A stretch of DNA of 64,000 bases from positions 88,102,001 through 88,166,000 of the forward strand of contig NC_043006.1 in the NCBI RefSeq assembly GCF_006345805.1. Reading direction: 5' to 3'. Position 1 is the first letter of the stretch. Each line of letters opens with the position of its first letter. The translations under genes and the position numbers were made by a program. The notes beneath the pieces were generated by a model that was not told the origin of the DNA, searched no databases, and saw only the letters and a program-made list of their open reading frames with translations. Positions 1-12,570 of this stretch are shown here, in pieces. The stretch comes from Octopus sinensis (Eukaryota).

Positions 1-627
1 TTTAATTATGCTTCCTATCAAATTCATGGTCTAGGATGAGGGACATTTTGTATCTACTGTATAAAAGTTTTTTTGCACTTCATATCTGTTCTTACTTTAT
101 TATTGTTATAATTGTTTTTTGGGTTTTCTTTTTTATTTTTCAACCAGATGCAAGCAAATAGCAAGATCTCTGCAATGCTCCAGCAACAGAAATAGCAAGT
201 GAATTTAACTTCTTTTTATAGAACTGTAAAATATAATGATGATAAAACAGTGAAGAAGTGGAAAATAAAATAGGAAAATGGACAAAAAGAAGTCAAAATG
301 ATGGAAATGATGCTGAATTTAGACCAATATAGATCATTGATTGGTAATAGAATCATGTTTGGTATTCGGTCAAATATATTAAGTGCCATGGGCTGTAGAC
401 ATTAAAATATAACTAAATCAATAAGAGAAGAAATAAATAAATGAAAAAAACAAAACATGAATGAATAAATGAATGAAAGCAAATGGTAATCATAAATGAT
501 GCAGAAGCCTCTGGAAGACAGCTAAATATCAATTAGATGGATGGAGAGTGGAGTGACAATAACAATATATGTATCAATTTAGGTGGTGGCTTGCTGGTTG
601 GACCATGTGTGTTTATTTATGTGTTTG

Positions 628-637
628 TACGTATATG

Positions 638-696
<59 letters not shown>

Positions 697-735
697 AATG
701 TATATATATGTATATATATATATATATACATATAT

Positions 736-782
<47 letters not shown>

Positions 783-917
783 CATGTATATATATGTATA
801 TATATATATATATACATATATATACATACATACATATATATATATATATATGTATGCATGTATATATATGTATATATATATATATATATATACATATATA
901 TGCATACATACATATAT

Positions 918-973
<56 letters not shown>

Positions 974-1004
974 GTATATATATATTATATATACATATAC
1001 ATAC

Positions 1005-1039
<35 letters not shown>

Positions 1040-1165
1040 TGTATATTTAGGTGTGTGTGTGTGTGCACAAACACACACACATGTGTATAAATATATAGAG
1101 AGAGAGAAAGAGAGAGGGAAGGAGAGACTTATATGTGTATGTATATGCAAGTATATGTGTGTGTG
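628..1165. repeat. Compound microsatellite (TA)n/(TACA)n/(TG)n/(GA)n
   Basis: Directly visible; explains the six overlapping YIYI-type ORFs at 537-1184. Confidence 0.95.
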
Positions 1166-1934
1166 TAAGTATAAGTGGAGGTAAAATGGCTGACAACATA
1201 AATTATTGCACTGTCCTCTCAGGATTTATATTATGATTCATATCCTCTGCAAGATTTTTCATTATGCCCCTAAGTGGAACACTATTCCATATTCCCTGCT
1301 TCGTTTTGCTGTAGAGAATAGGCTCCTATTAGATATAAGAATGTTACATGTGAAAGACTAGCATCCTATCCAAATAGTAATTTATCTCCCATCCTTTTAG
1401 CAGTATTGAAGTCATAGCTTAGCTCTAGCTTTATGAGAATATACAACATGTGAAAATATTCATCATTATTATATGCATGTGTGTGTGTGTATGTGTGTGT
1501 GTGCACATGTGTGTGTTTCTATAAGTAATAAAAGAAAAAATATCTAAAACGGCAATACATGAACAATAAAATAGTAATAACTAGATAGATAAAAATATAT
1601 AAAATAATCTGAAAGTACAAGCCAAAAAAACTTAAAAGTTCTTTACATCAATTCAGTATGTGGTATTCACATAAGGCGTTGGCTGCCATTCACTTTTCTC
1701 AATTTGAATTATGAGAAAATAGAATGTAAATGGAAGGGATTTGAAGAGAATCCCAAAACTGAATCCAATTGCCAAAGCCAAGTCTCTTTTAGATTACCAA
1801 TCAATATAGTTGCATCACATGTCTACTGGTTAACAATTGAAACCAACATGCTATATCAAGATTTCTTAACAATGTATCGCAGCAATATTCTCATTAACTT
1901 TATCATAATTCTTAGGAGCTGAATATTGCAATTC

Positions 1935-2455
1935 ATGACCATCATCATCATTATTTTCATCATCATCATTGTCATTGTCAACATCATCATAAAAACATCT
2001 TTCCTTTTTTCCTTCTATTGACAAGAGATGGACAAACTGCAGTATACTATTTCTGTGAGTGTCAACTTATTGCTTTAGCTCACCCATATTGACAAATATT
2101 TTCAGATCTGATCTAAATAGTTCTTGCCAAATTCTTCTCAGTCTGTTCATATGGTGTTTATTTTCCATAAACAATTTCCACATTTCTTACTCCAGAAATG
2201 TACAACCCATGTATGATATATATTCATAACATCACACTGCTTAAAAAAATATTTAAAATTACTTTTAGAAACACAAGAAAATATAATATTTAAATGTTTT
2301 GAAACTACCAAAATATTTTTTAAATAGTTCAATAACAACTGTGTCCATGTTGTTGCTAAGACTGCTTCCAGACTTATTTCTCCAATACGAATTATTATAT
2401 ATTGAAATAACATAATCTTGATCTGCAAATGTATCAGTTCTTGCTTAACTGGCAA
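1935..2455 (-). mobile_element. Ancient RTE-like LINE 3' relic
   Basis: Minus-strand frames give ...MNIYHTW... and ...NRLRRIWQELF...SILQFVHLL, loosely resembling RTE C-terminal motifs (LLYGxETW; LRRI..W.D; RLxWxGH). A (GAT)n-like tail lies at about 1935-1990. Frameshifted and very diverged. Confidence 0.4.
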
Positions 2456-2744
2456 ACATTATTTTTATTATCAGCTAAAAAAATCATTTCCAATAAAGTC
2501 ATCTAATGCCAGTGAACATCAGTATTAAGAAAAGATGCATAGAAAAATACATCAGAACATTGGATGCTTTGAAAATAACTGATGAAAAATTTCTGTGTAT
2601 TTCAGACTTCAAATGTAAAATCCAAATGCTATTTTCTAAACCTAAAGTATTTTACTTTTTCTAATATACATCTAACTTCTTCTCAAAATACTCTTAGACA
2701 AGAAGATATTTTAGCAAGTGTATTCTATGAATGTTCTGTCACTA

Positions 2745-3560
2745 TCATAATCATCATCATCATTAATCATTTATTCACTATACTAGTATGGGGTGGATGG
2801 TTCAACAAAATCCAATGAGTTGGAGGATTGCATCATGCTCCAATGTCTGCATTGGTATGGTTTCTACAGCTGGAAGGCCCTTCTTAATGCCAACCACTTT
2901 ACAGAGTGCACTAGGTGCTTTTTTCTTGTCATGGCACCATCACTTTTGTGGTTGCCATGTAACTCACAAGACTGAAATCCTTCTTGACTGAGTAGGACCA
3001 TAGTAGTGAGGGAGGTGGATTTATGGTAAGTGTTGATAGACTAATGTATGAAAGAAGAAACAGAAACAGGCTTTTTTTGCATTGGAGATACATGGCTACC
3101 CAACATTATGTAATTGTGAGTGAAAATAATTGGGGTGGAGCTGGAAAGAGTGGTAAAGTTGATTTTTGCAGTATGTTAGATTGTGCGCCCAATATTCAAA
3201 ACAGTCTATATAAGACAGAATGGAGACAGAAGAATAAGAAGGGTGAAGGTTGCAGTAGTGTATGAGGAGAGTGAAATAGGGGTATGCAGTGGGGAGTGAA
3301 TATAGTAAATGATAAGCTAAGGTGGGTGTGGTTAATCATAAACTTGAGTTGGAAAGAAAATAGGGTTTAGTGGGACAGTGGTCTGAAGTACATAGGGGTG
3401 AATCATCAAGAAGTCATTTGGAAAAGAGAGAGCGATACCTGATAACACAGAGACAATGATCAATGGAATATGTGAATGGGAAAAGGCAATTTTAAGAATA
3501 AAGGAAGGATGGCAAAAGATGTGGTTCTGGGTAATGAAAGAGATAACTTATAACACAAGA
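2745..3560 (-). mobile_element. RTE LINE 3' end, pyrimidine-rich UTR type
   Basis: The reverse complement of 2855-2915 (gtgcactctgtaaagtggttggcattaagaagggccttccagctgtagaaacc) matches the RTE terminal domain at about 60520-60560. (ATC)n tail near 2745-2765; GA-rich body similar to 21050-21480 and 37330-38040. Confidence 0.6.
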
Positions 3561-3632
3561 AATGATGATGAAATATGTAGTTCTACTCTTACGTCATAAT
3601 ATAGGTATGTCATAAAACAGAAGTCTGGGGCA

Positions 3633-3670
<38 letters not shown>

Positions 3671-3672
<2 letters not shown>

Positions 3673-3860
3673 CTATAGTAAATCCAAAAGAACAAACCCC
3701 AAAATACAACAACGCAAGGACGTGGTACATGTAATGTATTAGCAGATGCACAGGAAAGGAAAGAAAGATGGTTTAATGTTATGAGCAGCCGCTCTTCTTC
3801 AAAAACAGAGGAGAGTCCAATAGAAGGGGAGATGGAGGAAGAAAATCACCAATGAGTCAC
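3671..3860 (-). mobile_element. Probable Penelope-derived short relic with degenerate hammerhead-like core
   Basis: Minus strand 3776-3802 reads TTGAAGA-agagc-ggct-gctc-ATAAC, a decayed CTGANGA/stem II/GAAAC arrangement. It is flanked by (TA)n and (AAT)n. Confidence 0.3.
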
Positions 3861-3955
3861 ATGTGATACATATATACCAGCCAGTGTCAAATCAAACTGT
3901 TTTAAATAATAATGATGACAATAATAATAATAATAATAACAATAATAATAATAAT

Positions 3956-4000
<45 letters not shown>

Positions 4001-4729
4001 ATAGGTGTTTATGAATGCATGCAGAAATGTTATTTATATGTGTGTTTGATGTATGTATATTTTAATGACTTTAAAGAATCCGAAGATGTTAAATTTATAA
4101 CTGGCTCAATGTATTTTGACATTTATATTTATAAAGTAATCATTGCTTGTCTATACTGAAGTTATGAGATCTAAATTATACTTATATGTATCTAGTAATA
4201 AATTTTTGTACTGTGTCAGGTATCACAACATTAAATATCACAATTTGTTGCACTAACAATAAAGTTTCACGCAATATCTATACTTTTTACTTCACATTTT
4301 ATAACAGATACTTTATACACTTCATAAATTTACCAACAAAAACAAATTGCAGAGAGCAAGTTCAGCTGTTATATCCATCAACAAGAGTGAACGTTAAATT
4401 ATTTAAGTAAGATCATTTTTCAGACTATTAACCTCATCAGTAGAGGTGAAAAATTGTTCAATGTTTACATCTTCACTGCATGAAACAGTAGACTAATGGA
4501 TAAAAATATTATTTTTCTTAGTTTAGAAATTCAGGCTCCTAGTCCAGTTTCACTCAAGAAATATGTACACTTGATGGTGATCAAAAATGACACTGATGTA
4601 CCATAGTTTCTCTCTGTGTCTTCAACTGTTATACAACAGTTTGAACTTCTCAGAACTATTTAGCAGTGTGTATGATTTTGTAAATTTACTGTTGTGTATT
4701 CCCTGTTATATATATTGCTAGCTGTTCAT

Positions 4730-4935
4730 ATTGGTAGAATCATTAAAGTATCAGAAAAAATGCCCTGCAGTATTTGTTCTAGTTAGCTCTCTCATTCTGA
4801 GTTCAAATTCCACCCAGATCAGTTCTGCCTTTCATTTTTCTGGAGTCTCTTAACTAAAGTACCAATTCCAGCGTCAATTTAATCAACTAGCCCTTCCCTG
4901 CAAAATTCCTACCTTTTACCTATGTAACAAATAAT
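4730..4935 (+). mobile_element. tRNA-derived SINE, family B (Meta-like core), diverged
   Basis: Contains ttctgagttcaaattcc (B-box-like), gcctttcat and aagtaccaa; collinear with the copies at 6161, 30383 and 47105. Confidence 0.6.
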
Positions 4936-5480
4936 CATTTTCACATCATCTCATCTTCTTCACCCACTTATTCCTAGGAGGGTCGTAGGGGCAGATTCCT
5001 CATGCTATTCTCCTAATGGATTCTGATAGGAACAATTATTTTATTATTCATATACCTTTTCTACAATGTTTTCTATATATATGGATTATGCACCAATGTA
5101 GCTGTTTTGTCTACACTGATGATGCCATGCAATGTGCTAGTGATGGCAGCCAAATGTTTTCGAAATTAAAACTTAGAGTCTTAAAAATAATAAAACAACA
5201 CGTTTAAAATGTAGTCCTAGATGTATAAAGAGATGGGATGGACATGGCTTGCTTGATCAGAGATGACTTAAGAGCTAAATAACAATGACAACTGAAGTAT
5301 ATAGAATATAGACATGCTGTTTGGAATTCTAGTTTATTTGTAGGTGACATAACAAATGGACTTTAGTTATGCAATTTAAAATTTTCTTTTCTTTCTAAAA
5401 CTGTTAACAACAACCTCACTAAATAGAATAAAATTGCTAGTCTTTTGCAAACTGTACTATTGGTAAAAAAAAAAGTTGAT

Positions 5481-6090
5481 AGCTTATGAGGAGGAGAGCC
5501 CTAGCGTTACAATTTGCTAGTATAAATATCCAAAGAGCTCTATTGAAACAAAAGAAAAATATAAAAGATAAAGTAAAAATAGCAGTTTCTATATTTCTGA
5601 TATCTTCTGTATCCATGAACACCAAAAGACAATTTATGAACATTACATTTCCCATGATGTTATGCAATATGAAGATTTATCCACAGACCAGTTTTATATT
5701 CACTTAAATGAACAAACCAAATACAGCAATTTTAAGGATCAAAAAGATGTCATAGTAACTGATCATATTATTGAAAAATGTTATAATGAAGAAGTAATTG
5801 TTTTTCAATTCATGAAAAGATGCAGGATATAAAATGATGTGAAGATATGGAAACTATTAAAAATAATTGTTATTGAATCCAAGGAATATCAGAAGGAAAA
5901 TAATCTAAATAGAATTACTCAAGATTAATAAATAATAGAATGTGTAAAAATATTTTCAAAATAATAGAATATCATGACAAACTACAAAGAAATGTTTCTG
6001 TTATAATTCTAGAAAATCGCATGGCAATTAAATTTAAACATATTGGACAATTACAAATATTTCTTTCCTAATTTTTATGAAGTAAAGTAA
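5481..6090 (+). pseudogene. Degenerate protein-like reading frame, possibly an APE-endonuclease relic
   Basis: One frame reads ...YISHDVMQYEDLSTDQFYIHLNEQ...KDVIVTD...CYNEEVIVFQFMKR..., with a stop-free stretch of about 87 codons and scattered stops elsewhere. Similarity to LINE endonuclease motifs is weak. Confidence 0.2.
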
Positions 6091-6160
6091 GCATCAAGAG
6101 ATATTCAATGTCCCACAAGGAATGTTCAATGTAATATATGTCAATAAACTGGTCATTTTA

Positions 6161-6366
6161 GGGTAGTGAGCCGGAAGAATCATTACAAATGTTTAGCTTA
6201 TTTCATCCATCTGTACATTCTGAGTTCAAATTCTGCTGAGGTCATCTTTACTTTTCATCCCTTCAGTGTCAAAAAAATAAGTACCAGCTGAGCACTGGGG
6301 AGAATGTAGTTAGCTAACTCCCACCACCAAAATTGCTGGCCTTGTGCCAAAATTTAAAATCAATAT
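6161..6366 (+). mobile_element. tRNA-derived SINE, family B
   Basis: gggtagtgagc head, ttctgagttcaaattc B-box, cttttcatccctt...aataagtaccag core, aaaattgctggccttgtgccaaaattt tail. Confidence 0.75.
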
Positions 6367-6559
6367 ATTGGACATTTTACCAGATGTTGCAAATTCTTGA
6401 CAAACTGTATGTGTCATTGGTGATGATGTTGATGACAGTGACAGGAATTTCAGAGACATATGTCCATTTTCAGAAGTTCACTTCATTATAGCATTAAAGT
6501 TAATAGTGACAATGTATGAGAGAATATGATAACCTGCTCTGTTAGTAACATTCCCTTCC

Positions 6560-6845
6560 ACCTTCCTGATTCATGATAATCAATAGACATCATTGAGGCT
6601 AAGACACAGGGCATGATAAAGGACAAGAAAAATAACTTGAAAATCAATGAGATGTTATAATATATTGTATTATGGTTCTGAACCAATAAAGGTAATTGAA
6701 AATTTCATTACTGATGTTAAACATCATAATAAAATTGTCATTGGAACATTTGTTAATCAATGGATGTGGACAAGCAATGCTGGTATAAATGTCAAAGGAT
6801 ATGGATCTTATTCATTTAAACATAAACTTCCTTTATGTGCATGAT
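6560..6845 (+). mobile_element. Possible RTE APE-endonuclease relic, perhaps the 5' part of the 7130-7890 element
   Basis: ORF 6647-6844 contains DVKHHNKIVIGTFV...GINVKGYGSY, weakly like PKHDxxIVxGDFNA...G..GxY. Confidence 0.25.
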
Positions 6846-7129
6846 AATTTTCAAGTCATATTTAATGGTTTGGGTAAATTAGGCCTTTTCCAGCCAAAAT
6901 TATTCATTGATAAAATAATTATTTCAGTTTCCCTAGAGTCTCACTCAACACCATTTCAGCCACAGGGACAAAAAAAGTCTACTTTGGATAAGCTTTAAAA
7001 AACATAACATAATGTAAAAGTTAAATGGCTTGCTTTTTAGATCCATTTCATTGTACCGAAGTCAAAATAAAAACAAAAGAAAAAGATTGGGTTTTAAGAA
7101 TTTGCATTGCTATGTCAAGAGCAGTGCTA

Positions 7130-7888
7130 CAATGAGAAATTGCTAAATGTGAAGAATGTAGGGAAAAAGAAAGAGAAAGAGTAGATCCAACAGGAGGACC
7201 AGTTATTCATGTTGACAGAGCAATCAATGATATTATAACAGAGAAAGCTGCCAGTCCATCAGAGTTACTCACAGAAATGTTTCAATATATCTAACAAAGT
7301 AGGATACAGATAAATTACAAGAATAGTCAATAAAGTAATACAGGAAGAAGGTATACCCAATGACTGGTATAAATTGCTGTAAGAGCAAATGAATAATACT
7401 AGAAAAGAAAGAAAGTACAAATGTTAGACCAGGTTATGAAAGTTACAGAAAGATTTATAGTGAAATTGATTAGGAACAGGATGAGACTCAATGAGATGTT
7501 CAGTTTTGCACTAGGAAAAAGATTTACCAATGCTATATCCCTTGTCAGACAACAGCAGGGGAAATACTTAGGAGTAATCCACTATATTTAATAATCAAGA
7601 TAGGGAAGGTTTTGACTAGGTTCAATGCTCTGTAATCTAGTGGTCACTGAGGAAAATGTGAAGAGTAGATGAAATGTTTGTGATGACCATTCCACAGACA
7701 GAGTTACAGTCAGCAAGATGATAGTCAGAATGAGTCCAGTGAAAAATTTAGTGTGCAAGTAAGACCCCTTACTTGAAAAGCTGGTAAAGTCTAAAGATAA
7801 AAAGGTATCTAGCCATAAAGCTCTACCTAAATAATATATTCTTCAAACCCATGCTAGCATGAGAACATGGATGTAAAAAGAAATGAAG

Positions 7889-7890
<2 letters not shown>
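7130..7890 (+). mobile_element. RTE-clade LINE reverse-transcriptase relic with 3' tail
   Basis: Translates (with breaks) to DRAINDIITEKAASPSELLTEM, IQEEGIPNDW, LDQVMKVTERF and FSFALGKRFTNAISLVRQQQGKYL (RT domains 0-2). The tail aacccatgctagcatg lies at about 7845-7865. Confidence 0.75.
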
Positions 7891-7933
<43 letters not shown>

Positions 7934-8128
7934 CAGATTGTTTGAGGTGGTATGTAGATTTTATATATTAAGAAAACGGAGGCTGTCAAGATTTGGATAA
8001 GAACTATTTATTTAGCACTTTCATCGCTTTGAGAGAATCATCATGAATCATTCACAATGAATCCTGCAAAGAGACAAAAGCACTAAATAAATAATTCTTA
8101 CCTGAATCCTGACTACCTCCTTTTTCTT

Positions 8129-8330
8129 TGTGTATGTATGTGTGTATGCATGCATGCATGTATGTATGTATACATGCATGTAAGTATCTATGTATGCATA
8201 TATATATGTTTGTATGTTTGTATGTGTGTATGCATGCATGCATGTATGTATGTATACATGCATGTAAGTATCTATGTATGCATATATATATGTTTGTATG
8301 TATTTTTGCATGTGTGCATTTATATGTGTA
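8129..8330. repeat. Microsatellite with an 84-bp higher-order duplication
   Basis: The block at 8141-8224 is repeated from 8225 (identical for about 76 bp); the 28-aa periodicity is visible in ORF 8128-8361. Confidence 0.9.
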
Positions 8331-8573
8331 TCAACCACCATTTCTTTTACACACCACTTGAAAATGGTCGAGTGATGGCTGGTTATTTAGTAAAGTTGAT
8401 ATACAATAGAGGATTCCATCAAATAGAATTGTATGAAGAATCAGGTAAAATTACAGCATTGTTACCCACAATGAATTGTATCCACTTGAGTTAAGTTTGA
8501 GAATTCACACAACATCTGTAAATATTCACTGTGCCTAAAATATATCATCACATAATTAAAGAAAGTTGTAAAT

Positions 8574-9030
8574 ATAGTCGAGCTAACGGTTCCTCATGAA
8601 GATAATATGGACGCCGCTCGGGCTCGAAAATTGAACTGTTATGTAAACCTCCTCGAGGAATGTGAAGACGCAGGCTGGAAAGCGGAACATTTTCCAATCG
8701 AAGTCGGATGTAGAGGGTTCGTTGGACACAGTGTGAGATGACTGTTGTTATCGCTAGGCCTAACTCATCGTAAAGTCAATACCACCATGACTGATATCCA
8801 ATCTACAGTGGAGAAGGCTAGCCACTGGATTTGGTTAAAAAGAGATGATGAGCGATGGCTAGAAGGATATTGAGTTCTTCATAACCAGCTGATCTAGCAA
8901 GCGGGGCCTCATATCAGTGAGGGGGGGAGCGGTGCACATTGATGCCATCGAGAGGTAGGCCTTGAAACGGCGCGCATTCTCTCCTGATGACCCCATACAC
9001 TTGCTGGCTTCCGGTATATGGAGCTTTTGA
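8574..9030 (+). mobile_element. HERO-like (R2-superfamily, restriction-like endonuclease) non-LTR retrotransposon 3' fragment
   Basis: Frame 8574-8873 reads IVELTVPHEDNMDAARARKLNCY..LLEECEDAGWKAEHFPIEVGCRGFVGHSVR*LLLSLG...VEKASHWIWLKRDDERWLEGY*. ELTVP, K..xY, EVGCRGF and AS.WIW.KR are characteristic RLE/HERO motifs. One internal TGA at 8739-8741; a GC-rich 3' UTR follows, with an approximate end. Confidence 0.8.
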
Positions 9031-10029
9031 CTGGTAGCACTTGCATGTGCAAGTTGTTTGCAAGACATCAACATCAGATATTTGCAGCTTGCAATGGTTA
9101 GAAATGTTGTACTGGTTACTTTTTGCATTTGTTTCCACAAGTGAAGATATCATATGCACTTGAAAATTGTACAACCATTGCTTTTAAAATTGTAGTTACA
9201 TTGCATATAAACTGAAGGCTTAACAGTAAACAAAAACTAATCTCAATTTGAAGTTAAAAATATACATTTTTTTTTATAAGTTACTAGCTTAAAACCCACA
9301 CTTTGTTCAGACTTTTAGGCTAGCTCCTGCAGCCCAAAACTGAGGAGGGCTAAATAGCATGAATGTATTATGTTCATAATGACTATATGCCCTGGTGATG
9401 TTTGATCAGAGGTTAAGGATGGATAAGAATTAATTCTGTAATGCAATCATTCTATTGCTCCAGTCCCAAGTTGAATTCCAGCTGTTGGCCAATTTATCCC
9501 AAAGTTCTTATCTTGAAAAATTTACAAAGTAAATGATATTTGTCTCCCCCCTTGATCTCTGATGTCATCAGACAAATGCCAACCAAGATGGCGTGAATCA
9601 ACTAAGCTTTACCTGTTAGAAATAGCAACACAAATCAGATCCCAATGCTGGATGTTCAAGAACCAAATGAAGTGCAGATATTCAACCCTAGGATCATCCT
9701 GATTCCGAGAGGGTATATGTCTATGTAGAACAAATGTAGACTGAGACATAGGGTCCCAGATGTTTTTATTATTATAGATATACACTATATGTAGTAGAAA
9801 TTATGTTATTAAATATGCATACTCTTCTAGACAAAATAATACTTATAACAACGAAAATATCAAAGCTATTTTAAGAAAGAAAACCTTTAAAATAACAAGT
9901 GAAAAGTATGGATATTGGGATAATGTTGAAATGCATGTTAATATTTACCAAGAATTTGAGGGCAGTGAGCATGCCAGGCAAAATGCTTGCACACACATAC
10001 ACACACACATTTTAGATCCAGTTGAAATC

Positions 10030-10215
10030 AAAGGAGCCTCTATAGTTTTGCTGAACCTGCTGGAAATAGCAATCAAATTACTTCAAATCACACTTATCCA
10101 TCATTAAAAATGGACACACTGAATAATATCCACAGGAATGCAGGATAATCGTTAATGGGATGCTTTTGATCATAGTTCTACACTATTATGCCTGACCAGT
10201 GACTAAATAGATGGT
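10030..10215 (+). repeat. Interspersed repeat family C (unclassified)
   Basis: Shares ctgc(t/g)gaaatagca...aaat...caaatcacac...catc(a/t)taaaaa..ggac with copies near 13435-13600, 31455-31560 and 52975-53270. Confidence 0.45.
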
Positions 10216-11424
10216 TTTATTTCATACAAGGATGGAAAATATTTTTTCTTTTGCTTAGTATTCAACTCTAAACCTTATTGATATCAATGGGTTAGAAATG
10301 CTTCTTTCCTCAAAACAATGCACTCAGCTGGTTAGGGAAACAATTGTAGTGAAATATATAGGCAGTATAAGGTGTTGATGTGGTTGTGTGTATGATATTA
10401 CAAGAGTTCATACAGAGATGAAAGAATAAATACAGGATCAATATATTTACTACATAAAAATAGAATTTATTCTTCCTTCGGGGATAATACAAAGAGTCAA
10501 ACTGTAGAAACTAGTTGAATGGAGTAATCTATGCAAGAAAGTTCAGAGATAGGAAATGTAGATCAACAGCGAAGTGGTGGCTTTCAGTCATCTCAGCTAT
10601 AGAGTATAGAGAAATAGTCATACATAGCAACAACATGAACGGCTCTGAGTCTAATCAACTAAGAAGCATAAACCTGTGTTAGCGAGCTGTTTTTTATCAA
10701 AGGGTGCTAGACATTCTAGAAATTTCCAAGGGAAACACCAAGCTTATTGAATAATTAAGAATGATGTCTCATGGCAATAGTGCTTTGAGAAGCTTACAGA
10801 AGAGATGTTACTCTATGGCTTTTCTTGCAAGGGAGATCTTTCAACTATCTAGCTACGTCGCTACACACCCAGGCAGAGGTAACAATATACAATAATGAAA
10901 ATAACAAGAATGTATACATCATAAAATGTCAAAACAGAAACAATATCACAGTTCAAATGTAATAAATGTTGTTAAATTCTTAAGCCAATGCACATGTCTA
11001 CTACTTTTGGTTGTCAAAATATGTGAAGGTGGGTGTAAGGGACACGTTTGTTACGCTGTGTGTGTTGTGGAAATAGTTTTTTCTATGTGAGCCCTTTTTA
11101 GTCTGTCAACAGAAAAAGTGTCTTTACGATCATCAACAACTAAGGTGTAAACTATATCTGTGCAAGAAAGCACATGGAAGGGTCCTGGATATGGTGCTGT
11201 TAAACAGTATTTACAAATAATAAAAGAAAGTGTCTAATTTTAACAAACTATTAAGTATTGTGATTTAAATATCAATTTCAAAACAAATAATGTAGTAAAC
11301 TTGCTTTTTCCTAAACAAGTCTTATTGAGACTTATCAAGAGCCACAGGGGTGTCACAAACAAAACTTTGGTGGCCTACAAAGGATAAACAAATAAAATGA
11401 ATGTCTAAAACTTATTATGACATT

Positions 11425-11790
11425 CATCATCATCATCATCATTAACATTTAATGTCTGTTGTCCATGCTGGTATGGGTTAAATGGTTTGACCAGGGCTGA
11501 CAAGCTGAGGGTCTGCACCAAACTCCAGACTGATTTGGCATGTACATTATTTACATTATTAACATTTGACAGATATTTGTCCACATCTTGTGGACATATC
11601 CGTCAAATGTAAATAATGTACATAATTCCTCATCTCTTAAATATAAGTGCTACTTATGTGATACCAGCATCGGCCACATTGCCTCCGTGAGGCCCAACAC
11701 TCAATAGGTGACTTCCATGTGACATGGGCATGGGTGTCAGTTATATACACCAGCATCAGTCACGACTATAATTACACTTGGCTTGACAGG
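11425..11790 (-). mobile_element. RTE LINE 3' UTR (family 1), interrupted at 11540-11644
   Basis: (CAT)n tail at about 11425-11440. The reverse complement of 11690-11790 matches the UTR at 49370-49500 (ttgagaagacctgtcaa, gtgttgggcctcacggaggcaat). Confidence 0.7.
11540..11644. repeat. Fold-back hairpin derived from the Penelope-associated terminal sequence
   Basis: Arms 11540-11585 and 11589-11623, 3-nt loop, one bulge. Bases 11615-11644 are the exact reverse complement of 59615-59644. Confidence 0.7.
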
Positions 11791-12254
11791 TCTTCTCAAG
11801 CAAAATTATTATCAGTAATTTATACTGATGCGTGATTATTTAGAAGAGCTTAAATGTAGGAGAAGCAAAGTTTGTGGTTGAATTGAATTGCTGTGAGGAG
11901 TGAAAAATTTTGTTCTTCCTTTGAAAGTGAGGAACATTAGAATATTCTTACTTTGATCACTAGCTTGTAACAAAAACAACATGTGAGAAAGATATAGATC
12001 TTTCTCACCCTTATCGGATGGACAGGAGAACAAAATATTAGACTTTTCTCTCCTCATGGCAACTAAACTGATCAAACTCTTCTTGGAACCTTCCTACAGA
12101 TCCAGTGTGCCAATACAGATCATCAGCAATTCCAGATTTTATCTTAAATAAGTAGTAGTTTATTATTTCAGAAGAGGGGTTTGTGTTAGAATTTGTTGCA
12201 AAATTCCTACAATAAGTAAATACGTTAATTCTGCACTGGATAATATAAAGTCTG

Positions 12255-12570
12255 TTTTCAATATTCCAGAAGAATATAAAAATTGATAATGGACTACAAT
12301 TTACATCCCAGAAATGTATTCAATTTCTAAACAAAGAGAAAACCCATTTAAAATATTCAACACCCATTTGATCACAGTAAAATCTTTCACTGATTTAAAT
12401 TAATTGGAGTCAAAAGACAAAGCAAAATTTTTAAATGTTTGAAAACAATTGTTTCTGGTGGTAGAGATTGGTATGATGAATTGGATCAGCTTTTACTTTT
12501 TGTCTGTATAAGTGTACCTTGTACAACAACAAGAGCACTGTATGAATTATTGTTTGGTCGATTACCATGG
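12255..12570 (+). mobile_element. Gypsy/Ty3 LTR-retrotransposon integrase core relic
   Basis: With frameshifts and stops: FNIPEEY/IDNGLQFTSQKCIQFLNKEKTHLKYSTP ... GRDWYDELDQLL ... YELLFGRLP, matching the rve motifs FGxP, DNGxQFTS, STPY, W...L and PYELLFGR. Confidence 0.55.

Noticed and set aside
537-1184. Long YIYI/MYVC/HTHT ORFs here and at 27.8-28.7, 30.6-31.0, 34.1-37.2, 38.6-38.9 and 42.6-44.3 kb
   Set aside because: These are translations of TA/TACA/TG/GATA microsatellites, which lack stop codons in all frames.
8960-8992. GAAAC...CTGATGA in the HERO-like 3' UTR as a type II hammerhead
   Set aside because: There is no G-U-H cleavage triplet able to close stem III between the boxes, and no stem I.
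10500-11250. Possible R4-type RT relic (AREIFQ / GDLSTI)
   Set aside because: The motif resemblance is too weak and split across frames to support without an HMM search.
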